61,155 nt of DNA from Macrostomum lignano (Eukaryota): assembly GCA_002269645.1 (NCBI GenBank), contig NIVC01002160.1, forward strand, positions 1 to 61,155, read 5' to 3'. Position numbers and translations under genes: made by a program. The notes below the pieces were generated by a model. That model worked only from the letters and a program-made list of their open reading frames with translations. It made no database searches and had not been told where the DNA came from. Position 1 is the first letter of the stretch, and each line of letters begins with the position of its first letter. Shown here piece after piece: positions 23,434 to 37,429 of the stretch.

Positions 23434-24067
23434 CCAGAACTGTATGTTTAAATAATTTAAAATAATTCAATGCGCCATCAAGAAGCGGAACTATCTCCCA
23501 TAGCAACCGCACACAGAAAACTTCCCATTCTCTACTTCAATGCAACCCAAGTTCGATGCCTCGATTCCCAATAAATCCTGAATAAAAATCCCCAGGTCAA
23601 GTATCAGCAGCTTTCAATTTCAATATCAAATTGGCGCGCTTGGTCGTGGGAAAAGGCCTGGCAGGTCGCAGCATCAAGAAGCTCGAAGTGAATCGAGTTG
23701 GACAGCTTCGAGTCTCGGGCCAAGTGCGAAATTCCTCTGGGGCAGCCGCAGCTCATCAAGGCGCTCCAGCCTTCTTATTTCAATTTTGACATTCGGGCCA
23801 CTTCTTTGGCCCCGAGCTTCTTGCCCCCCCCCGCCTGCGTGGCTACTCATTTCTGGCGCTAGAGAGGGGAGTGAAATGGCAAAAGACCCCGTCTGACCCT
23901 CGTCAATTATTTAGGCAAGTGCGAGCCTGGGTCGCGCGTCACATCCAGTTTTCATTAACCTCGCAGACCTGAGTCACTCCGGCAGAATAAGGCCAAGTTT
24001 TAAGCTTCTGGGACTGTCTTGCACTAACTTGCCATCTTGCTGGGGTTCTGAGATACTTCTGATATTG

Positions 24068-24503
24068 CCCGCTTCTGGTTGACTGTGTGCCTTCTGGTTG
24101 ACTGTGCGCGCTTCTGGTTGACTGTGCGCGCTTCTGGTTGACTGTGTGCCTTCTGGTTGACTGTGCCCGCTTCTGGTTGACTGTGCGCGCTTCTGGTTGA
24201 CTGTGTGCCGTCTGGTTGACAGTGCGCGCTTCTGGTTGACTGTGTGCCGTCTGGTTGACAGTGCGCGCTTCTGGTTGACTGTGCGCGCTTCTGATTGACA
24301 GTGCGCCCTTTTGATTGACAGTGCGCCCTTTTGATTGACAGTGCGCCCTTTTGATTGACAGTGCGCCCTTTTGATTGACAGTGCGCGCTTCTGGTTGACA
24401 GTGCGCGCTTCTGATTGACAGTGCGCCCTTTTGATTGACAGTGCGCGCTTCTGGTTGACTGTGCGCGCTTCTGGTTGACTGTGCGCGCTTCTGATGACTG
24501 TGC
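24068..24503. repeat. ~20-bp minisatellite (~21 copies)
   Basis: Unit gcgcttctggttgactgtgc, with cccttttgattgacagtgc variants. Confidence 0.93.
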
Positions 24504-25069
24504 AGGCTTCTTTTAACTTGAGTAAGTTCTCCGGACCCACCCATAGCTATAGAGTTGTTTCCGTTAGAAGCAACTACTGCCTGATTTGGCTGAGCAGAAA
24601 TATCGCTAAAATAATGAAAATAAAGCAGCGGATGTAACAACGGCCCAGAAGCGAAAGTCAAAAGTCTACATTTTCCATCTTCTGCTCTTCCTCTCGCCTC
24701 CCCAACCCCCTCCCCCATGATTTCCTGTCGCTTATTGAAGCTGATCTTAATTTGAATTTTCCAGACCAGCAGACCGCCCCTCTCAAAGTGGATTTTGAAT
24801 CCAGCATTTTGTTTCTGCGGGGCCGGACTCGGGGCCGGCGCGGCAGCCGCTTCTCCGGCCTGGATACTGTTGGGGGGGGGGCGGTTTTCGCGCCACTGAG
24901 CAGCGCGCGCTCTGTGATGCTACTTTTCACCGGCTCTCACGGAGTCCCCGCAGTACTTCGTGGCCTGAAATGAGCCACTTTTATGCTTTAACTAGCATAG
25001 CTGCCTTTCACCCTTCTCATCCTCTCTCACTCTTGCTTTCACCCGACCACTCACCGTTTCTCCAACTCT

Positions 25070-25535
25070 TTCACTCTGCTCACTCTATCTCTCACTACTC
25101 TCACTCTTCCACTCACTACTCTCACTCTGCCACTCACTACTCTCACTCTTCAGCTCACTACTCTCACTCTTTCTCTCACTACTCTCTCTCTTCCACTCAC
25201 TACTCTCACTCTTCCACTCACTACTCTCACTCTGCCACTCACTACTCTCACTCTTTCTCTCACTACTCTCACTCTTCAGCTCACTACTCTCACTCTTTCT
25301 CTCACTACTCTCACTCTATCTCTCGCTACTCTCACTCTTTCTCTCACTACTCTCACTCTATCTCTGACTACTCTCACTCTATCACTCACTACTCTCACTC
25401 TATATTTTGCTACTCTCATTATATCTCTCACTCTATCCGCTCACTACTATCACTATATCTCTCATTACTCTCTCTTTTATGACTCTCTACTCTCACTCTA
25501 TCTCTCGCTACTCTCACTCTATCTCTCGCTAGTCT
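25070..25535. repeat. 21-bp minisatellite (~22 copies)
   Basis: Unit cactactctcactctttctct, with a variable last third. Confidence 0.9.
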
Positions 25536-26159
25536 CAGCCCACTCAGCCATTTTCAAAAGCACCAACAGCCAAAGATGCACTGCAAGGCAGCCAGCTCAA
25601 CTCCCTGCCTGACTCAGCAGGTGACTGACATATCCGTCAGATATTTCCCCTCCCTTTCCTTCCTCTCCCCCCCCCAGCTTCTTTTGCTGCATCACCCGGG
25701 CCAACTTTTTCTTCACACTATTCTGCCAGAGTCAGTTTTGAGACTCTGATAAAAGCAAAACCTGCAGCAGTGTTACAAGTTCAAGAAATGCCAGCATCAG
25801 GTGGCAGGCAGATCTCTGAGCGTCCTCTCTTTCTGTTCCAGTGTCACCTTTCAGAAAAAGCTCTTCAAAGATTGAGGTCGATAGCAAATCTGTGTGTGAC
25901 GTCATTCCCATTCAAAGCATGAATTTCTTCATATTTTTGGATGCCAAAAAACAGCAACAAAAGAAAGAATGAAATTTCATGCCTGCACACACAGGTGATG
26001 GTTATCATGAGGTTCTGACCTCTATCTGATCCTGCTTGGCAAGATTTTATAAATTTCTGGTTGCAATAACATTTATTGTTTTGAAAAAGCTTGTGATTTT
26101 GAATGCGAGCCAGAGTATGCGCTTGTGAATCGAATCCCATTTGTGTGAGTGACCCAGTA

Positions 26160-26990
26160 AGTGGGTGAGTGAGTTTATGATTGAGTTCATGAATGCGTGA
26201 GTGACTGAGTGGGTGAGTTCATGAATGACTGAGTGAGTGAATGACTGAGTGAGTGAGTTCATGAATGACTGAGTGACTGAGTTCATGAATGACTGAGTGA
26301 CTGAGTTCATGAATGACTGAGTGACTGAGTTCATGAATGACTGAGTGACTGAGTTCATGAATGACTGAGTGAGTGAGTTCATGAATGACTGAGTGAGTGA
26401 ATGACTGAGTGAGTGAGTTCATGAATGACTGAGTGACTGAGTTCATGAATGACTGAGTGACTGAGTTCATGAATGACTGAGTGACTGAGTTCATGAATGA
26501 CTGAGTGACTAAGTTCATGAATGACTGAGTGAGTGAGTTCATGAATGACTGAGTGAGTGAGTTCATGAATGACTGAGTGACTGAGTTCATGAATGACTGA
26601 GTGAGTGAGTTCATGAATGCGTGAGTGACTGAGTGGGTGAGTTCATGAATGATTGAGTTCATGAATGACTGAGTGACTGAGTTCATGAATGACTGAGTTC
26701 ATGAATGACTGAGTTCATGAATGACTGAGTTCATGAATGACTGAGTGAGTGAGTTCATGAATGACTGAGTGAGTGAGTTCATGAATGACTGAGTGATTGA
26801 GTTCATGAATGATTGAGTGACTGAGTTAATGAATGACTGACTGAGTGAGTTCATGAATGAAGGACTGAGTGAGTTCATGATTGCTTACGTGAGTGATTGA
26901 GTTAATGAATGACTGACTGAGTGAGTTAATGATTGCTTACGTGAGTGATTGAGTTCATGAATGACTGAGTGAGTTCACAAATGAGTGACT
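26160..26990. repeat. 24-bp minisatellite built from 8-bp modules
   Basis: Unit gagttcat-gaatgact-gagtgact, with module deletions and duplications. Confidence 0.93.
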
Positions 26991-27403
26991 GAGGGAATGC
27001 CACAAGCACTGCTGGATGAACTATGCAATCCCACTGATGCAGAGGCCACTTGTACGGGTAGGCTTCAGAATTTTTTCACAAAACTAATTGACAGGTGGCT
27101 GAGCCGCATCCAGATTGCTAGCAGAGAGAAAGGGCAAAACAGCCACCAGAGCGCTGCCAAAAAGGAGCAGCAGCAGCCCCACCCCGCCTAAAAACCGACA
27201 TTGAGCAGCAGATAAAAAAGCCAGACGAGATCCTGAAAGTCTGGCCGCACAATCCCACCAGTTCTACCAGTTAGAACAATGACCCCCGCTGGGCTGCTGT
27301 AGCCAGGCCCTTGGGTCGACTGTTCACTCCCCACAGCAGCAGGCCTTCGCTGCCACCAGTGCGCACCGGCAAATTTCGCTACAAAATCCGATCTGCAATT
27401 CAA

Positions 27404-27439
<36 letters not shown>

Positions 27440-29538
27440 TTCTCCTTTAGTAGCAGCAAAAAAGCCAAAGCAAGAGTCAGAGACTTCCGCCCGTTACTTT
27501 TGGAATTAGTGGAGACCCCAGCCGCAGCCCTCTCCCGCATTTTCAGACCTGGCTATCAGGTGGAGCATGAAGGGTAGAAACATTATATGCTAATATTTTG
27601 CGGCTGTTTATTATAGGTATTCCATCATCAGTGTTATTAGCTGCGGAATAGCGGGCGCACTCGCGGTTCAAAGACGCCCTCCCCGGCCCCGTCTTTGTTG
27701 TTGATGACGCTGACAGACCCCATTCCGCATCTCCTCCCCCCAGCACTCGTCATGTGTTTGAGGCTGGAACCTCCGGGATGGCTGTTGTGCATTGCGCAAT
27801 CCTGCTGCCTTGCACACACGCACACACACAAGCATGTCACCTTCGCATCCAAAACATGTCAAAACAGTCCTGTAAGGTTCTCTTATCGCCAGGCAAGCTG
27901 GCATTTTACCTGTCTATCAATTTTTGCTTTCAGAAGAAAATTCTTCTGCGGCCAATAGAATGCAACTCTGTCGCCGCAGCCGCTGTCTTGAACGAAGTGG
28001 GGGCCACAAAAGCATCTTAATAATCTTTCACTGGAGCCCAAGCATTCCCAGAGTGCCGGATTTTCCACACATTGGCGACTTTTTAACAAGGTGGATGGGG
28101 GAGGTTGTCGCAGATGTTGCGCAATTCACTCCCTAAGCCCCAGTTAGTTGGATTATCACAGTTTTAAGCGGCTTGGACAGACCGGGTTATTGGATACGCG
28201 TCTGCAGGCTGGCTGACAGAAGTAGAATCCGATGTAGGGATTAATTCTCCGTCTGGGACTGGGGGGGGGATACTGGCCGGCAGGGAAGTTTCCCAGAATT
28301 TTCCTCATTCCAAGCCAGCCAGCAGGCTCCGCAGGGCAGTCCCGAACTCGCGCTCTCCCCGGGATTAAACAGAAATATGAGAAATTGGCTGGCGGCTCAA
28401 ATTTTTCTACTTTTTTCCACCAGCGCCGCCGCCACCAGCAGCGCGCGACCCCCCCCCCAAGCTGCCCGGCAATATTCACTTTCCACATTCCTCCGGCGCC
28501 ACCGCTGCTTCCGCAGATGAGGAGAAAGCGAGAGAAAAAAACACAATTTTCAAAAGAGTTTTCGACGGAGACCCGGGGGCGACTGGGCCTGGCTGATCGA
28601 TCAAGATGAGAAGTTCCTCTGCCGTCTCTGCCCTCTCAGTTTTGCACTGTACAGCCGCTTGCCTTTGATCATGTTTAAGAGAGGAGATGAGAGAGAAACA
28701 ACCAGTGAAAACGATTTGTTGAGTAGGTTGAGTAGAGGAGACGATAGAGTCAGGCCCGCTGTGCACCTTGTGTGAGCGTGTGTTTACCTACGGATGTGTG
28801 TGTGCTCAGGATGTGACGTCATCCCCATTGCAACCAACTAGCTAACTAATATTCCCGATATGTAGCGAAAATAACTTTGTTTTCACGCTCACTCGCTCAC
28901 TGAGTCCGCGCAGAGAGATACCAGGGGCAGGAGAGAAACAGGAAACTGCGCCGGAAATGCGGGCCGAACGGCTGGCCTGAGGCTGTGTCCGCATCGCCCC
29001 TCCGCACTCTCAAGCCGGTCGCAGTCGAGCTCGAATTGATACAACCGCCAGCGCTCTTTCCTCCTCGCTTTGGGGGGAGGGGTGGGGGGCGGGGACTGCC
29101 CTCCAGAATCTGGAGCAGCCAGCAATTTCTTTGCTTTGCACTACTTTCTTGTCCGCTGGATGCAGCGGCATCTCTGTTGAAAGCCAGCCAGTCGTCAGCT
29201 CACTCTGCCACACTTTTGCCGCTCGCTTTCGCTCCCGCCTTCCGGTGGGCGCCACCAGCTTCCCCATCCGAGGGTTTCCCCTCCTACCCGTGGGGACTGC
29301 CCTCGTATTCCAGATCCCATGCCGATGTAGCTTGTCCCATTGTTGGAGCACTGGTGGATTTGAAGGGGGAAGTGTAGCGCGGCACGCCAGAGCCGGCTAA
29401 ACTCCCGAACCAAACAAGGAAATGAGAAGGCTGTGAAAACGGGATTGGGGATCTGGGGGGACAGGGATTGTTGGGAACGACGGCAAACTAGCAAGATTCA
29501 GAGTCATTGTTTTTTGTAAGCATAGAGAGTGAGCTAAC

Positions 29539-30112
<574 letters not shown>

Positions 30113-30871
30113 CAGCAAAAGCTGCCAGTCCATCACGTTCCGCATTCTTTTCCAACTCAATAGTTAACACTAAAACAACATTTTCACCACCTTTATCTCG
30201 CATTCCTACACACCACCTGCAAGCTTTAAGCAGAACGGGCGCCAATCTTTTCGGGAAATCAGCTTTCGGAAGAACAAAAGTACATTTCTTAATGCTGAGG
30301 AAAGTAGGCCCACTAGACCGGCAATTGGGCCTGCCTGGTGGCGGTGGTGGACCACCAGGTTTTTCTTCTATGCTCCCTCTTCGGTTGATTGTTTATAGAA
30401 AAACAACAATACGGTCTCCCTATTGCGGCAGATTTCAGGAAACCGAGCTGGTCATAAAGACTGGCCCAAACACACCGGAATTAAAGCCTGGCACGAACTT
30501 TGTCTGAAACTGCGGCTGGATTTGGCTGGCTTCGCCGATCCCACGCTGGTTGAGAGATTCTCACGCTGACCTTTTCAAGTTCGCCAATCTGCACTGGGAT
30601 TCTGGCACGAGTTTGAAAATCCCTACCTAGGAAATACTTTAGCCGGGCCACAAAAAATATAACATGATAGTCCTGGGATTTACGACCTCAATTGCCACCC
30701 TCACAGCTTGCTGTTTCAAGGGGATTTACGAGCTGAAGAAATCTTGATGCCTGTCAGCTAGCTAACACCTGGGATTGTTCACCCCAGGCACTTTGACTTG
30801 ATCTTCCCAAGGGGGTAAAACTCTGCAGTGAAGCCGCTTCGGCCCGTCACCTTCATCACACATCTGAGACA

Positions 30872-32196
30872 TCTCCCGTCTCTCCTCTCTCCTCTCTCCT
30901 CTCTCCTCTCTCCTCTCTCATCTCTCCTCTCTCCTCTCTCCTCTCTCCTCTCTCCTCTCTCATCTCTCCTCTCTCCTCTCTCCTCTCTCCTCTCTCCTCT
31001 CTCCTCTCTCCTCTCTCCTCTCTCCTCTCTCCTCTCTCCTCTCTCCTCTCTCCTCTCTCCTCTCTCTCTCCTCTCTCCTCTCTCCTCTCTCCTCTCTCCT
31101 CTCTCCTCTCTCCTCTCTCCTCTCTCCTCTCTCCTCTCTCCTCTCTCTCTCCTCTCTCCTCTCCCTCTCATCTCTCATCTCTCATCTCTCATCTCTCCTC
31201 TCTCCTCTCTCCTCTCTCCTCTCTCCTCTCTCCTCTCACCTCTCTCCTCTCCCCTCTCCTCTCTCCTCTCTCCTCTCTCCTCTCTCATCTCTCATCTCTC
31301 ATCTCTCCTCTCTCCTCTCTCCTCTCTCCTCTCTCCTCTCTCCTCTCTCCTCTCTCCTCTCTCTCTCTCCTCTCTCCTCTCTCCTCTCTCCTCTCTCCTC
31401 TCACCTCTCTCCTCTCCCCTCTCCTCTCTCCTCTCTCCTCTCTCCTCTCTCATCTCTCATCTCTCATCTCTCCTCTCTCCTCTCTCCTCTCTCCTCTCTC
31501 CTCCTCTCTCTCTCCTCTCTCCTCTCTCCTCTCTCCTCTCTCCTCTCTCCTCTCTCCTCTCTCCTCTCTCCTCTCTCCTCTCTCCTCTCTCCTCTCTCCT
31601 CTCTCCTCTCTCCTCTCTCTCTCTCCTCTCTCCTCTCTCCTCTCTCCTCTCTCCTCTCTCCTCTCTCCTCTCCTCTCCTCTCTCCTCTCTCATCTCTCAT
31701 CTCTCATCTCTCCTCTCTCCTCTCTCCTCTCTCCTCTCTCCTCTCTCCTCTCTCCTCTCTCATCTCTCCTCTCTCCTCTCTCCTCTCTCCTCTCTCCTCT
31801 CTCCTCTCTCCTCTCTCCTCCCTCCTCTCTTCTCTCTCCTCTCTTCTCTCTCCTCTCTCTTCTCTTCTCTCTTCTCTCTCCTCTCTCCTCTCTCCTCTCT
31901 CCTCTCTCCTCTCTCCTCTCTCCTCTCTCCTCTCTCCTCTCTCCTCTCTCCTCTCTCCTCTCTCCTCTCTTCTCTCTTCTCTCTCCTCTCTCCTCTCTCC
32001 TCTCTCCTCTCTCTTCTCTCCTCTCTTCTCTCTTCTCTCCCATCTCTCAACCCTCCTCTCTCCTCTCTCCTCTCTCCTCTCTCCTCTCTCCTCTCTCCTC
32101 TCTCCTCTTTTCTCTCTCCTCTCTCCTCTCTCCTCTCTCCTCTCTCCTCTCTCCTCTCTCCTCTCTCCTATCTCCTCTCTCCTCTCTCCTCTCTCC
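30872..32196. repeat. (CTCTCCT)n heptamer polypyrimidine array
   Basis: About 1.3 kb of ctctcct, with ctctcat and ctcttct variants. Confidence 0.97.
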
Positions 32197-33169
32197 CATC
32201 TTTCGTCTCTCCTATAGTCAATTCACATTGATTTGAAATATTTGGCACTCTTCATCAACCCATACAGACCTCTCTCAGCCATTTTCAACTTCCCTGGAGC
32301 TTCTTCAGTACGGCTCGAGTCCGAGGGTGCAACTGGGACAGCTGCCCGAAGCGAGAGACATGCAGGTTGCTCTGTTCTGGCATCCCCTCGGCAAAAGAAC
32401 TGCGACATCAATTTACCCTCAAGGTGGCTCGTAGCTCTCCAGGCTTCCATTAGCCAGCAGCAACCCGCTGCAGCATGTGGCGCAGTCAGGTGGAAGGCAG
32501 CTGGGCAAGGTGGTGACGCGACAATTGGGGGGGGGGGGGTTGGGCGGCGAACCGCGGCTGCTGCTTTCAACGCGTAGAGCTGACGGATTATCCCAATCTG
32601 GGAAACAAATTGCTGGGCAAACTCTGCCGTGCCGGGGTTTTTTTCAACCAAAAAAATCTTTGCACCGCAGATGTTCCACAGAAACATTTCTGCGGGGGGA
32701 GCATTTTTAGGGATAAATTCCAAATGGGAAACTGGGATAAACAGGGTGCTGTTATGGAAAACTTTCCCGCCTGTTAGCTTTGGCACAATATGCAGATTTA
32801 AAAAAAATTGAATGCGACCGAACCCACTCCACTCCAGTAGGACAATAAAATGATTTACGATACATATCGGGAGATGCAAAACCGTCTTCTGCGCATCAAT
32901 ATTTTTAGGGTCAAATTGTAAATTGCTTTTAAAATCTGAATCATAAAAGCTCCTACAGGTGTACACGCTATCTTAATTCCTTAGCAGGCAGTTTGTAGCT
33001 ATAAAAATTTCTCTAATGCCTGCAGATGATCTTTAATCATTAAGAAATTTGAATACTTTCCTAGCATCCATAATTTTCGTCACAGTCCAAAAAAGCTTGT
33101 TTTAGGAGATAAAACTGTCTGAAAAAACCAGTCTGCTGAACAGCCGTCCCGACTAATGCTGGATAAGAG

Positions 33170-34230
33170 CGATAGGGAAGAGAAAAGAGAACAGTGAGAT
33201 AAGAGACAAGGCAGAACAGAGGAGAGAAGAGAGAACAGGGGAGAGAAGAGAGAACAGAGGAGAGAAGAGAGAACAGGGGAGAGAGGAGAGAACAGGGGAG
33301 AGAGGAGAGAATAGAGAACAGTGAGATAAGAGACAAGGCAGAACAGAGGAGAGAAGAGAGAACAGAGGAGAGAGGAGAGAACAGAGGAGAGAAGAGAGAA
33401 CAGAGGAGAGAAGAGAGAACAGAGGAGAGAAGAGAGAACAGAGGAGAGCAGAGAGAACAGAGGAGAGAAGAGAGAACAGAGGAAAGCAGAGAGAACAGAG
33501 GAGAGAACAGAGAACAGAGGAGAGAAGAGAGAACAGAGGAGAGAAGAGAGAACAGGGGAGAGCAGAGAGAACAGAGGAGAGAAGAGAGAACAGAGGAGAG
33601 AGGAGAGAACAGAGGAGAGAAGAGAGAACAGAGGAGAGAAGAGAGAACAGAGGAGAGAAGAGAGAACAGAGGAGAGAAGAGAGAACAGAGGAGAGAGGAG
33701 AGAACAGAGGAGAGAAGAGAGAACAGAGGAGAGAAGAGAGAACAGAGGAGAGCAGAGAGAACAGAGGAGAGAAGAGAGAACAGAGGAGAGAAGAGAGAAC
33801 AGAGGAGAGAGGAGAGAACAGAGGAGAGAAGAGAGAACAGAGGAGAGAAGAGAGAACAGAGGAGAGAAGAGAGAACAGAGGAGAGAAGAGAGAACAGAGG
33901 AGAGCAGAGAGAACAGGAGAGAGAGGAGAGAACAGGAGAGAGAGGAGAGAAGAGAGAACAGAGGAGAGCAGAGAGAACAGGAGAGAGAGGAGAGAACAGG
34001 AGAGAGGGGAGAGAAGAGAGAACAGGAGAGAAGAGAGAACAGGAGAGAACAGAGAACAGAGGAGAGAACAGAGAACAGAGGAGAGAAGAGAGAACATGGG
34101 AGAGAGGAGAGCAGAGAGAACAGGAGAGAGAGGAGAGAACAGGAGAGAAGAGAGAACAGGAAAGAACAGAGAACAGCGGAGAGAACAGAGAACAGGGAGA
34201 GAAGAGAGAACAGGGGAGAGGGGAGAGAAG
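33170..34230. repeat. 19-bp polypurine minisatellite (~55 copies)
   Basis: Unit gagaacagaggagagaaga. Confidence 0.96.
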
Positions 34231-34589
34231 AAACAATAGGGGAGGTACACAAGCCTTGAGCAGGCCGGATTCCTAGTGGGAAGTTTAAAAGGACCCCGAG
34301 AGCCAGATAGAGAGGCTTAGCGGGCCGGAGTTTGCCGACCCCCGATCTGCCCTCTCTCGCTTCCCTTATCCTTCAATCACGCATCACTAACCAAACAGGG
34401 AAACCCACTTTGCACTTTTTTAAACAACAGTGCATCAGCCACAGTAGGCCTTCAGTAGACTGACAGGTCAGGAAACTCATATTTAATCTAATAAGGATGA
34501 TGATGATGATGATGACTTAAGGACCCGCGCAGCGCTTGTTGTTTCAAGCGGCTACTGGGCGTGCAATCAACACGGTCAGATTTTGTCTT

Positions 34590-34700
34590 AGCAATGGGGG
34601 AATCCCCCACTGCTTTGTGCCTCTCTAGAGAGAAGACGCTCATTGGCTGGCAGCCGCTGACCAATAGCAGCCGAGCTGACCCGTCTCTCCTTCAGTCCAG
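34590..34700 (+). promoter_or_regulatory. Candidate proximal promoter of the protocadherin gene
   Basis: Two oppositely oriented CCAAT boxes (ATTGG 34642-34646, CCAAT 34661-34665), the palindrome ctctctagagag (34621-34632) and TGGGGG-AAT-CCCCCA (34595-34609), all 230-300 bp upstream of the ATG. The TSS is not known. Confidence 0.35.
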
Positions 34701-34894
34701 CCGGGCCTCCACACCAATTTGAAGCCGCTGACTGCTCCATTCTTGATCGCTGCCAACTCCCTCAATCCGGAACTGTCTCTGCTGGACTCGCTCTTGAGGC
34801 TAAACATACACAGCGAGCCAGCAATGTCCGCCTGACAGCTCGAATCTGAAACCAACTGGAGCCACGCTTAGCCAGATACCCTAACCTGCACAGC

Positions 34895-37424
34895 ATGCAC
34901 CGATTGTCCACCCTATTCTCGTTGCTTCTTCTCATTGCCATGGCAACCAGCGCCTCCTCGGCGGCAAGCACCGTAGATTTCAGCATCCCGGAGGAATCGC
35001 CGCCCAACACGCTGGTTGGTCGGCTGGCGCCGCTTCCCGACGGCTCGGCCAGCCAGTTTGTGGCCAGGGATGACTACTTCTCCGTGGCGCCCGACTCTGG
35101 CCAGCTCAGCGTTCGCGGCCGCATCGACCGGGACGGCGACGCCGCCAACCTCTGCAACTATCGGGCCACCTCCGCCGCCGCGGCGGACAGCGCCGAGCCC
35201 GCCTGCGTACACGAACTGATGGTCAGCCGCAACCTGGCCGACTTCATCCCCGTCCGCATCCGCATCGCCGACATCAACGACAACAAACCCGACTGGCCCG
35301 CCGGCGCCCTGCCGTTGCGGGTCGCCTTCGCCGAAAACGCCCGAATCGGCGCCCAGCAGACCGTCAGCCCGGGGGCTGTCGACCTCGACGCCGGCGAGAA
35401 CTCGGTACGCCGCTACCGCCTGGTTCCGGACTCCGCCACGTTCAAACTGGAAGTCTCCGGCGGCGGCGTTGGTGCTGGGCCACCGGTGCCGCGGCTGGTG
35501 CTCAGACAGCAGCTGGACCGCGAGTCCGTGTCCGGCTACAACTTCACTCTGGTCGCCGAGGACGGCGGCGGGCTCAGCGGCAGCGCTCAGCTCCTAGTTG
35601 AAGTGTTGGACGTCAACGATGAGGCGCCGCAGTTCAGGCAGGCCGAGTACAATGCCTCCGTGCCGGAGGACGCGCCAGGCGGCCACGAGGTGCTGCGTTT
35701 GTGGGCCGACGACCGGGACGCCGGCGACAACGGCCGAGTGACGTACAGCCTGGCGCCGGAGCACCAGGTCTTGGTCGGCCCCGTCCTGAGCATCGAGCCG
35801 GACACCGGCCGCGTGCTGGTCCGCAGCCCGTCGAGCCTGGACTTCGAGTCTCGCAAGCGCTTCGAATTCGCCGTGCTGGCGCGGGACTCTGGCGCCGAGC
35901 CAAAGGAGGCCAGGGCGAACGTGCTGGTGAATGTGATCGACGTGAACGATCACCGGCCGCAGATCCAGCTGATGACGCTGCAGCCGAGCCCGACCAGCCG
36001 CGTCCCGGTGCCGGAGAACATCCGCAACGCCACGGTAGCCAGCCTGCTCGTCTCCGACCGCGACGCCGGCCAAGCTGGCGAGTTCAGCTGCAGACTGACG
36101 GCTGCCGAAGAATTCTTCTCGCTTGCCAAGCTGAAGGCGCTGGAGGGCCAGGTGCTGTACCGGCTCGCCACGCAGTCGCCGCTCGACCGAGAGGCCGCGC
36201 CGGTGCTGCAGCCGGTAGTCTCGTGCGCCGACGACGGCCGGCCGTCGCTCACCGGCAGCCTGACGGTCACCGTGGAGCTGCAGGATGAGAACGACAACCC
36301 GCCTGTGTTTCCCAACGGGGCAGAGCGCTTCTCGCCCAGAATTTTTGAGAACAACTCGCCCGGCGCCGAGGTGCTCGATCTGGGCGCCGAGGACCGCGAC
36401 GCGCCCGAGAACGCCCGGCTTCGGTACAGCATCAACTGGCCGGTTGCCTACGCCGAGCCGTCCCCATTCGAGATCGACGCGCAGGGCATCCTGCGAGCCC
36501 GGATCCCGCTGGACCGCGAGCGCCACCCCGCTGGTTTTGCTTTCCGCGTCGTCGTCACCGACGGTCGCTTCAACGCCACCGCGGTGGTCAGCGTTCGCAT
36601 TGAAGACGTCAACGACAATTCGCCGGTGTTCAGCAGCAGCACGTACACCTTCCATGTCCGGGAGGACGAAAAATCGGGTGGGGTTTTCGTCGGCGAACTG
36701 AACGCCACCGACGCTGACGAGAACAGAAATGCCGAACTGAAGTTCCGCCTGCATCCGGACGACTCTGACGCGCCGTTTCAGCTGCAGGGAAAAGGAACGC
36801 TGTTCACCTCGAGAGCCATCGACAGGGAGACGGCGGCCTCGCACACTTTCCGCGTGATCGCCGTGGACAACGGGCAGCCCGAGATGACGGCGACAGCGAC
36901 GGTCACTGTCAACGTGGACGACGTGAATGACTGCGACCCGGTGTTCGAGTACCCGCCGCCCGCCAGCGAGCGCCCGGCCGTGGTGCGTCTCTCCTACCGC
37001 GAGCTGCCCGACTTTCAGTTCGCCCAGGTGCGCGCCACCGACCGGGACACGGGCGACAACGGCCGGTTGAAGTACAGCCTGCAGGAGGGCAACCTGTTCA
37101 ACTGGTTCCGCATCGACCAGGACACTGGGCGGCTCTACGTGCGCCGGGCGATGAGCCGCACCGAGCTGGGGGTCGTCCGCCTGACCGTGAAGGCCTCGGA
37201 CGGCGGCTCGCCGAGCCGCTCCGCCACCGGCCAGCTCAGCGTCCGGATTGAGGACTCGCCGGCCACCGGGCTGCTGAAGGACGCCTGGACAGCCGATATG
37301 GAGACCAACAAGTTAATCATCGTGTGCATCGTGGTGGCCACCGGGGTCATCTGCGCCGCGCTCATCACCGCGATCTGCCTGATGGCGCGGCGGAAGCCCT
37401 GCGCCCCGGCGCACGTCCACCACG
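34895..37424 (+). CDS. Protocadherin exon 1 of 3: signal peptide, 7 cadherin repeats, TM helix, start of cytoplasmic tail (delta-protocadherin-like)
   Basis: Hydrophobic leader MHRLSTLFSLLLLIAMA. Six DxND linkers (DINDN, DVNDE, DVNDH, DENDN, DVNDN, DVNDC) plus a terminal repeat; PEE, LDRE and AxDxD calcium motifs; Cys pair in EC1. TM segment LIIVCIVVATGVICAALITAICLM followed by RRK. Strong GC3 bias. Donor CACG|GTGAGT at 37424/37425 (phase 1). Confidence 0.96.
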
Positions 37425-37429
37425 GTGAG

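Noticed and set aside
34881-34894. ctaacctgcacag as a cis- or trans-splice acceptor just before the ATG
   Set aside because: The CTAAC lies only ~8 nt from the AG and the pyrimidine tract is weak; it cannot be supported without transcript data.
35594-36844. 416-aa minus-strand ORF
   Set aside because: Antisense shadow of the GC3-rich protocadherin exon.
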